Shown in pieces: positions 44,459 through 64,000 of a stretch of 64,000 nt of DNA. The position numbers and the translations under genes are program-made. Origin of the DNA: the human T2T-CHM13v2.0 reference genome, Homo sapiens; the NCBI RefSeq assembly GCF_009914755.1, contig NC_060927.1; one strand, written 5' to 3'. The notes beneath the pieces were generated by a model, which had not been told where the DNA came from, searched no databases, and was given only the letters and a program-made list of their open reading frames with translations. Within the stretch, counting starts at the first letter, position 1. Every line of letters begins with the position of its first letter.

Positions 44459-44668
44459 TAGTCAGGCTATCTCAAACTCCTAACCTCAAGTGATCCACCC
44501 GCCTTGGTTTCCCAAAGTGCTGGGATTACAGGTGTGAGCCACCACATCTGGCCCCTTCCAGTCTTAAGAATTAAACTCTCCTGGCCGGCGCCGTGGCTCA
44601 TGCCTGTAATCCCAGCACTTTGGGAGGCTGAGGCGGGCGGATCACCTGAGGTTGGGAGTTCGAAATCA

Positions 44669-44894
<226 letters not shown>

Positions 44895-45196
44895 TTAAAC
44901 TCTCTGCAAAAATTACTGGTCCACTCTAATCAAGCTTCATAAGTATTTCTGCTTTTTCTTCCTTTCCCTCTAAACTCTGAAACCTCTCTTTAACACAAAG
45001 GGCAATCACACAAAATAATGTATGTGTACTTGTTTTTTTTGTTGGTGATGGTTTTTTTTTTTTTAATGTTTTTTTAAGAGACAGGGTCTCACTGTCTCTC
45101 AGGCTGGACTGCAGTGGCGCAGTGGCACAATCGTACCTCACTGCAGCCTCAAACTTCTGAGCTCAAACAATCCTCCTGCGTCAGCTTCCCAAGTAG

Positions 45197-45508
<312 letters not shown>

Positions 45509-46025
45509 TGAGACACTGCACCCAGCCTTATACCTGGCTATTTTTTAAATTTTTTATATAGATAGCATCTTGCTATGTTGCCCAGGCTGGTCTTGAACTC
45601 CTGGACTCAAGCAATACTTCCACCTCAGCTTCACAAAATATACTTAGAATTATATATTGTAAAATCTACTAGTATCAAAAAAGAAAAAAAAAAACAAAAA
45701 GATCTACTAGTATCCCCAGTTGAAACTAAGAAATATAACAGAGAAGTTAAAAATATGGCCTCTGGGCCAGGCACAGTGGCTCATGCCTATAATCCCAGCA
45801 CTTTGGGAGGCCAAGGTGGGAAAATCACTAGAGGTAAGGAGTTAGAGACCAGCCTGGACAATATAGTGAAATCCCCCCCATCTCTACTAAAAATTTAAAA
45901 ACTAGCCAGGCATGGTGGCAACACATCCTGTAGTCCCTGCTACTCAGGAGACTGAGACTGGAAGACGGCTTGAGCCCAGGAATTCAAGGCTGCAGTAAGC
46001 TATGATAAAACTGCTGCACTCCAGG

Positions 46026-46319
<294 letters not shown>

Positions 46320-46321
46320 GG

Positions 46322-46490
46322 TGGCTTTTGGAGCCAGATTTTCAGGGTTCAAATCTGAGCTCTTCCACAGTGTGAGACACTCTCGGTAAGTTATTTAACC
46401 TCTCTGTGCCTCAAGATAATAGTCTCTACGTTACAGAGTTTCCCTGGGTTTCAGTTAATTAGAATAAAACCTGACAAGTAAGAGCTCTTT
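46322..46490 (+). mobile_element. MIR fragment
   Basis: TGGAGCCAGA..GGGTTCAAATCTGAGCTC..GGTAAGTTATTTAACCTCTCTGTGCCTCA. Confidence 0.7.
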
Positions 46491-49380
46491 AGGTGTTAAT
46501 TGTGGGGTTTTTTTCTTCTGTTTAGTCTTCTCATTTTCCAAGAGTAATTGGCATCATAAAAACTGGGAATCGGGCCAGGCGCAGTGGAGCACTTTGGGAG
46601 GCTGAGGCAGGTGGGTCACTTGAGGTCAGGAGGTCAAGACCAGCCTGGCCAACAGGGTAAAACCCATCTCTAGTAAAATACGAAAATTAGCCAGGCATGG
46701 TGGCGGGCGCCTATAATCCCAGGTACTCAGGAGGCTGAGGCAGGAGACTCACTTCAGCCAGGGAGGCAGAGATTGCAGTGAGCCAAGATCGAGCCACTGC
46801 ACTCCAGCCTGGGTGCGAGTGAGACTCCATCTCAAAACAAACAAAAAACTGAGAATAAAAAATAGGAAAAACAGTTAATTTAGGGTAGCTATTGACTGGG
46901 ATGAGGCAGGAGGGTGCAATCTGGTACTCAAGTTCTACTATAACTTGATCTCGATAATGGTCTTACAAAAAAAAAATCCATCTAGCAGAGTACTTTACAG
47001 TATATAAATTATATCTCAAAAAAAAAAAAAAAAAAAAAAAGGCCAGGCGTAGTGGCTCACGCCTGTAATCCCAGCACTTTGGGAGGCTGAGGCGGGCAGA
47101 TCACGAGATCAGAAGATCAAGACCATCCTGGCTAACACGGTGAAACCCTGTCTCTACTAAAAATACAAAAAAATTAGCCAGGTGTGTTGGCGGGTGCCTG
47201 TAATCCCAGAAACTCAGGAGGCTGAGGCAGAATAGCGTGAACCCGGGAGGCGGAGCTTGCAGTGAGCTGAGATCGCACCACTGCACTCCAGCCTGGGCAA
47301 CAGAGCAGACTCCGTCTCAAAAAAAAGACCAGCCTGGCCAACGTGGTAAAACCCTGTCTCTATTAAAAAAAACACAAAAAATTAGCCGGGCTTGGTGGTG
47401 GGCACCTAATCCCAGCTACTTGGGAGACTGAGGCAGGAGAATTGCTTGCACCTGGGAGGCAGAGGTTGCAGAGCCGAGATCACACCACTGCACTCCAGCC
47501 TGAGCGACAGAGTGAGACTCCATCTCAAAACAAAACAAAAAAAAGCCCACTCGCACAGCTTGGACCAAAGCCAGCCCCTTTCAACAGAATCAAGTCAAAG
47601 GCTAATAAAAGGATGAATTCAAGTTACAAAATGACATACACTGTTCTTACGAAACTGTCAAAAGATCATAAAAAGGTCAATAAAAGAGCAGACAGGCCTA
47701 AAATTCATTTGCTCTTCATGGAATATACTAAAACACCCAAACCTGCAGCCAGATGAGTGAAGAAAAAAAAAAAACAAAAAACCCTAGAACTATTTTAGAA
47801 AATATCCAGTAAAGAGACCCACAATTTGGTGAAGGAGGGAAGTTACCCCTGATTAAAATAAAATAAACTGACCAGCCTGGGCAACCTGGCAAAATCCTGT
47901 CTCTACAAAAAAAAAAAAAAATACAAAAATTAGTGGAGCATGGTAGCATGCACCCCAGCCACTCAGAGGGCTGAGGTGGGAGGATCACTTGAGTCCAGGA
48001 GGTTGAGGCTGCAGTGAGCTATGATCACAACACTGTACTCCAGCCTTGGGGGGAAAAAAAAACAACACCGGAATTGGAGTCAAAACCCAGGATTCTAACC
48101 TAAGTTTCCACTGCCTCGCTATGCAGTTTTTTGCAAGTAAATCTGAGAATGTCTATCATTTAATGATGTATCTTTCAGAGATACTGAGTGACAAATAAGG
48201 AAGGTGAAGTTCAGATAAGTGCCTCTTACAGTTCTGACACCAAAAAAAGTCCTCAAATATTTGTTGAGTGGAATGAACTGATTCACTCATTTTCTTTCCA
48301 TTCTGATAACCCCTTTAATATTTACAAACCTTCCCATTCCAGTAGCTTTTATATATATATATACACACACACACAAACCATGCTGCCTGATTTGGAACTT
48401 CATCATTATATACTATTTTGTGCTACTATGCATTGTTCCTTATCTGTTAGTTTTTGTTGTTGTTGTTGTTGAGACAGAGTCTCTCTTGCCCAGGCTGGAG
48501 TGTAGTGGCACAATCTCAGCTCACTGCAGCCTCGACCTACCTGGCTCAAGCAATCCTCCTACCTCAGCCTCCTGAGTAGCTGAGACTACAGGCACGTGCC
48601 ACCACGCCTGGCTAATTTTTGTATTTTTTGTAGAGACAACAGTCTCACCATGTTGCCCAGGCTGGTTTTGAGCTCCTGAGCTCAAGCAATTCACCTGCCT
48701 CAGCCTCCCAAACTGCTAGGATTACAAGTGTGAGCCACCATGCCAGGCCTCCGTTAGTCTTAGTTGCTTCCCAGGTAGTTATCTCCTTGAGGACAGCCCC
48801 CCTCTATTTTAGGCTTTGCATGGCTGAAGAGCATAGCATAGTGAAAAAGTTGAGGATAAAATATGATAATGTAAAATAATGTTGAAAATAAAACATTAAG
48901 TACTTTTAGTATAAGTGCTCAAAGAATATTTCTTGAACAAGTGAATGAATCCACATAACCATCCTCATTAATGACTCTCCTCCTTTCACAGCCACATCAA
49001 TTATACACATGTTAACAGCACAATATTTAAATTCTCTAATTCACTGTGGCTGCATTTCAAGTATCTTGTTTAATAGTTGGTGTTTAATTATTCTTTTTTT
49101 GTTTTGTTTTTTTAATTAAGACGGGGTCTTACTATGTTGCCCAAGCTGGTCTTTAACCTGTGGCCTCAAGCGATCCTCCTACCTCAGCCTTCCGAAGTGC
49201 TGGGATTAGAGGCATAAACCACTACATCTGGCCTAACTTTCTTAATCTCCAATGCCTCTACCAGTTAAAATCCAGTTTCTGCCAGTCAGCAATAATCCTG
49301 TTCCTTAAAAAAAACTGGTATTTTCACATGTTCCCCATGTATTAAAAGCAATTAGGAACAATACATTTATCCCCATTTAA

Positions 49381-53990
<4,610 letters not shown>

Positions 53991-54049
53991 AGTCTAGGTG
54001 AAAATGTTCCTATGCTATTCTCCACACCAATTTTTGCTTCTTTTTAAAC

Positions 54050-54054
<5 letters not shown>

Positions 54055-54089
<35 letters not shown>
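54055..54089. repeat. (TG)n microsatellite, about 17 units
   Basis: Direct observation. Confidence 0.97.
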
Positions 54090-54092
<3 letters not shown>

Positions 54093-54161
54093 AAGAAATC
54101 TAGCGTATGAGTTGTGTCCGAGGTTTTTTATTAAACTAGGTTTTAAAAAAGTTATTCATAC

Positions 54162-54271
54162 CTGGTAAGGATAGGTACCATGTCCTGCCCACTGCCATGT
54201 TCCTTTTCCCACTGCTCCAGCAGGGTAGTGAGCTCAGCTTTGGAGTCCACATGTACCACTACTGTAGTCAT
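54162..54271 (-). CDS. DCAF1: DCAF1 first coding exon, aa 1-37 (exon 54162-54279 includes 8 nt of 5'UTR)
   Basis: Acceptor CTTCCTTAG|GCAAAGCCATG; encodes MTTVVVHVDSKAELTTLLEQWEKEHGSGQDMVPILT(R); donor AG|GTATGA, phase 2. Confidence 0.97.
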
Positions 54272-54632
54272 GGCTTTGCCTAAGGAAGCAAAAATAAAAA
54301 TAAAAAAGACAACCAATAAATGAACACAAGCAAATAAAAGTGAAGAAGGGGTAGAAAAGGACGAGAAGGCAAGAGAAAAAATTAAAAAGGGAAATTTAAC
54401 CCCTTGAACCCTTTGGATTTATTTGTGGTACAGCAGAAAACTCGGGATACTCATCAAGCCTAGATACCCATTCAGTAGTGATGAACAAGTACTTTCGCCT
54501 TTCTCAGCCTCAGCTTCAACTGTCAAATGAGGCAAGAAGCTGGATCAAAACAGTGATTCTTAACCTTTTGAGGAGTCCCTTTGAAAATGAGACAAAAAAT
54601 ATGGTACCTTTCCCTCATCAAAAATGCATTTA

Positions 54633-54935
<303 letters not shown>

Positions 54936-55065
54936 TTACCTAATGCCTACCTGTAATATATACAATAATCCCAGGCCTAGATCTCTGAGGTCTAAAACTT
55001 TGTGCTTACATTTTTTTAAGCACAAAATGTGGCCAAAACTACTCCCAAAATATTTTGCTCGTTAG

Positions 55066-55661
<596 letters not shown>

Positions 55662-56306
55662 TAATTCTTAAAGAGAAGGCCAAGAAATGAAATGGACACT
55701 ACTGCCAGCATGAAAGTGGAGAAGGAACACTATAAAACTCATTTATCCTTCAAGCTTCCTAACCTCTCTCACAGCTGATTTCCTGGAAAGAAGAGGCTAG
55801 AAGAGAGGCAGAGAAGGTTGGCTGGGTTGAGTGGTTCAAACTAGGAATGCAGAAGGGCAGGGAGCTGAGGTGAGCTTTGGAGGACCAAATAAGACACCCA
55901 CATATGAGAGGCTTATAAGGGGATCCAAAAGGGATAAATGAGACGCAAATGTTTGACAGGTTATGGCATCAACTTCTTTATAAAAGTAGCCTTAAAATCA
56001 AAATGTCATATTCTGCCACGCAAAATGCGTATCTTCTCAGAAACAGCAACCATTCCATAAAGAGTTTCACATCAGACAGGAATTACTAGCTGATCTAAAA
56101 TGAACTCTTCTAAAGATATCTACCATAAAACCAAAAGAAATACATGTAAAAGATGATATCATTATTGCATTGCATTATTGCATTGTATTATAAAATGCAA
56201 ATATTTATGTTTTAATCAAGTAGATGCAATTCCAATAGTAGTGATTCATGTCACCTGGATTACACATAACTCCAAAGGAAAATACCTGCCCTACCCCAAA
56301 AATTGA

Positions 56307-56567
<261 letters not shown>

Positions 56568-56904
56568 TGATCTGCCTGCCTTGGCCTCCCAAAGTGCTGG
56601 GATTACAGCTGTGAAAACCACACCCGGCAGATTCTTTTTTTTTTTTTTTTTTTTTAAGGATCTCACTCTGCCTCCCAGGCTTGAGTGCAGTAGCGCGGTC
56701 CCAGCTCACTGCAGCCTCAACCACCTGGGCTCAAGTGATCCTCCCACCTCAGCCTCCAGAGTAGCTGAGATTACAGTATGTGTTGCCATGCCCAGCTTAT
56801 TTTTATTTTTATTATTTGTTCAGGTGGGGTCTCACTGTTGCCCAGGCTGGCCTCAAACTCCTGACCTCAGGTGATCCTCCTGCCTTAGCCCCCCAAAGTG
56901 CTGA

Positions 56905-57309
<405 letters not shown>

Positions 57310-57719
57310 TGATCCGCCTGCCTCGGCCTCCCAAAGTGCTGGGATTACAGGCATGAGCCACTGTGCTTGGCCTCGATAAATATATTTTTAAAACAAACTT
57401 TTTTTCTTTTCTTTTCTTTTTTTTTTTAAGACAGAGTCACACTCTGTCGCCAGGCTGGAGTGCAGTGGCACAATCTCAGCTCACTATAACCTCCACATCC
57501 CGGATTCAAGCGAGCGATTCTCCCACCTCAGACTCCCAAGTAGCTGGGATTACAGGCGCACACCACCACACCCAGCTAATTTTTGTATTTTTAGTAGAGA
57601 CAGGGTTTCACCATGTTGGCCAGTCTGGTCTCGATCTCTTGACCGCGTGATCCGCCCACCTCAGCTTCCTAAAGTGCTGGGATTACAGGCGTGAGCCACT
57701 GTGCCCAGCCAAAACAAAC

Positions 57720-58075
57720 TTTTTATGTGGAGTAATTTTAGATTTACAGAAAAGCTGCAAAGATAGTACACAGTGTTCCCACATACCTCTCACCCAGTTC
57801 AGTTTTCCCTCATGTTACCATATTATAGTGGTACACTGTCAAAATTAAGAAACCAACATTGTTACATTATTATTAACTAAACTCCAGACCTGATTCAGAT
57901 TTCACCATTTTTCAAATCATGTGCTTTGTTCCATGATCTCATCTAGGATACACTGCATTCAGCTGTCATGTCTATCTACTGTCCTCTGGTCTATGATAGA
58001 TAGTTTGGGGATTTGTTTTTGTTTTACATGACCTTGACAATCTTGAAGAGTACTAGCCAGGCTGGTAGAATGTGG
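57720..58075 (-). mobile_element. L1MC-like 3' end
   Basis: TTTTAGATTTACAGAAAAGCTGCAAAGATAGTACA..CACCCAG..ATTAACTAAACTCCAGAC resembles L1MC 3' termini. Confidence 0.55.
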
Positions 58076-58192
58076 CAACAATTTAACCAATTCTTTCTTC
58101 CTTTTTCTTCTCTCCTCTTTCTCTCTCTCTCTCCTCTTTCCTCTCCCTTTTTTTCTTTTTTAAAGACAGGGTCCCCCTCCTATGTTGCCTAG

Positions 58193-64000
<5,808 letters not shown>

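Noticed and set aside
55779-55787. TTCCTGGAA STAT-type motif with nearby E-box and GGAATG
   Set aside because: Short motifs, too frequent to support an enhancer call from sequence alone.

Overview
Human (or great-ape) genomic DNA lying entirely within the DCAF1/VPRBP gene, which is on the minus strand. The gene was recognised from its protein sequence; chr3p21 is from recall. Nine coding exons (54271 down to 472) splice through canonical GT-AG junctions into 1467 nt, i.e. codons 1-489 of DCAF1. The promoter, 5' non-coding exons and 3' exons are not visible here. The introns hold roughly 100 Alu copies or fragments (my count by eye), which explain almost all short ORFs in the track. They also hold a full-length but inactivated L1PA4-like LINE-1 antisense to DCAF1 (26366-32530), a DPPA3/STELLA processed pseudogene (about 6391-7416), a MADE1 MITE, and old L1M, L2 and MIR remnants. 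The best candidate for an undescribed system is the L1 antisense-promoter ORF0. It stays open for 187 codons although ORF1 and ORF2 are broken, and it has a phase-0 donor after codon 85 that would splice in frame to DCAF1 E126. An antisense AATAAA at the other end of the L1 completes a possible gene-breaking arrangement. Other leads: a stop-free 753-nt circRNA geometry, an old inverted duplication (49381-51615), a perfect hairpin over a predicted branch point, a perfect ERE and a p53-like site. All functional claims are hypotheses; no searches were run, and repeat boundaries are approximate.
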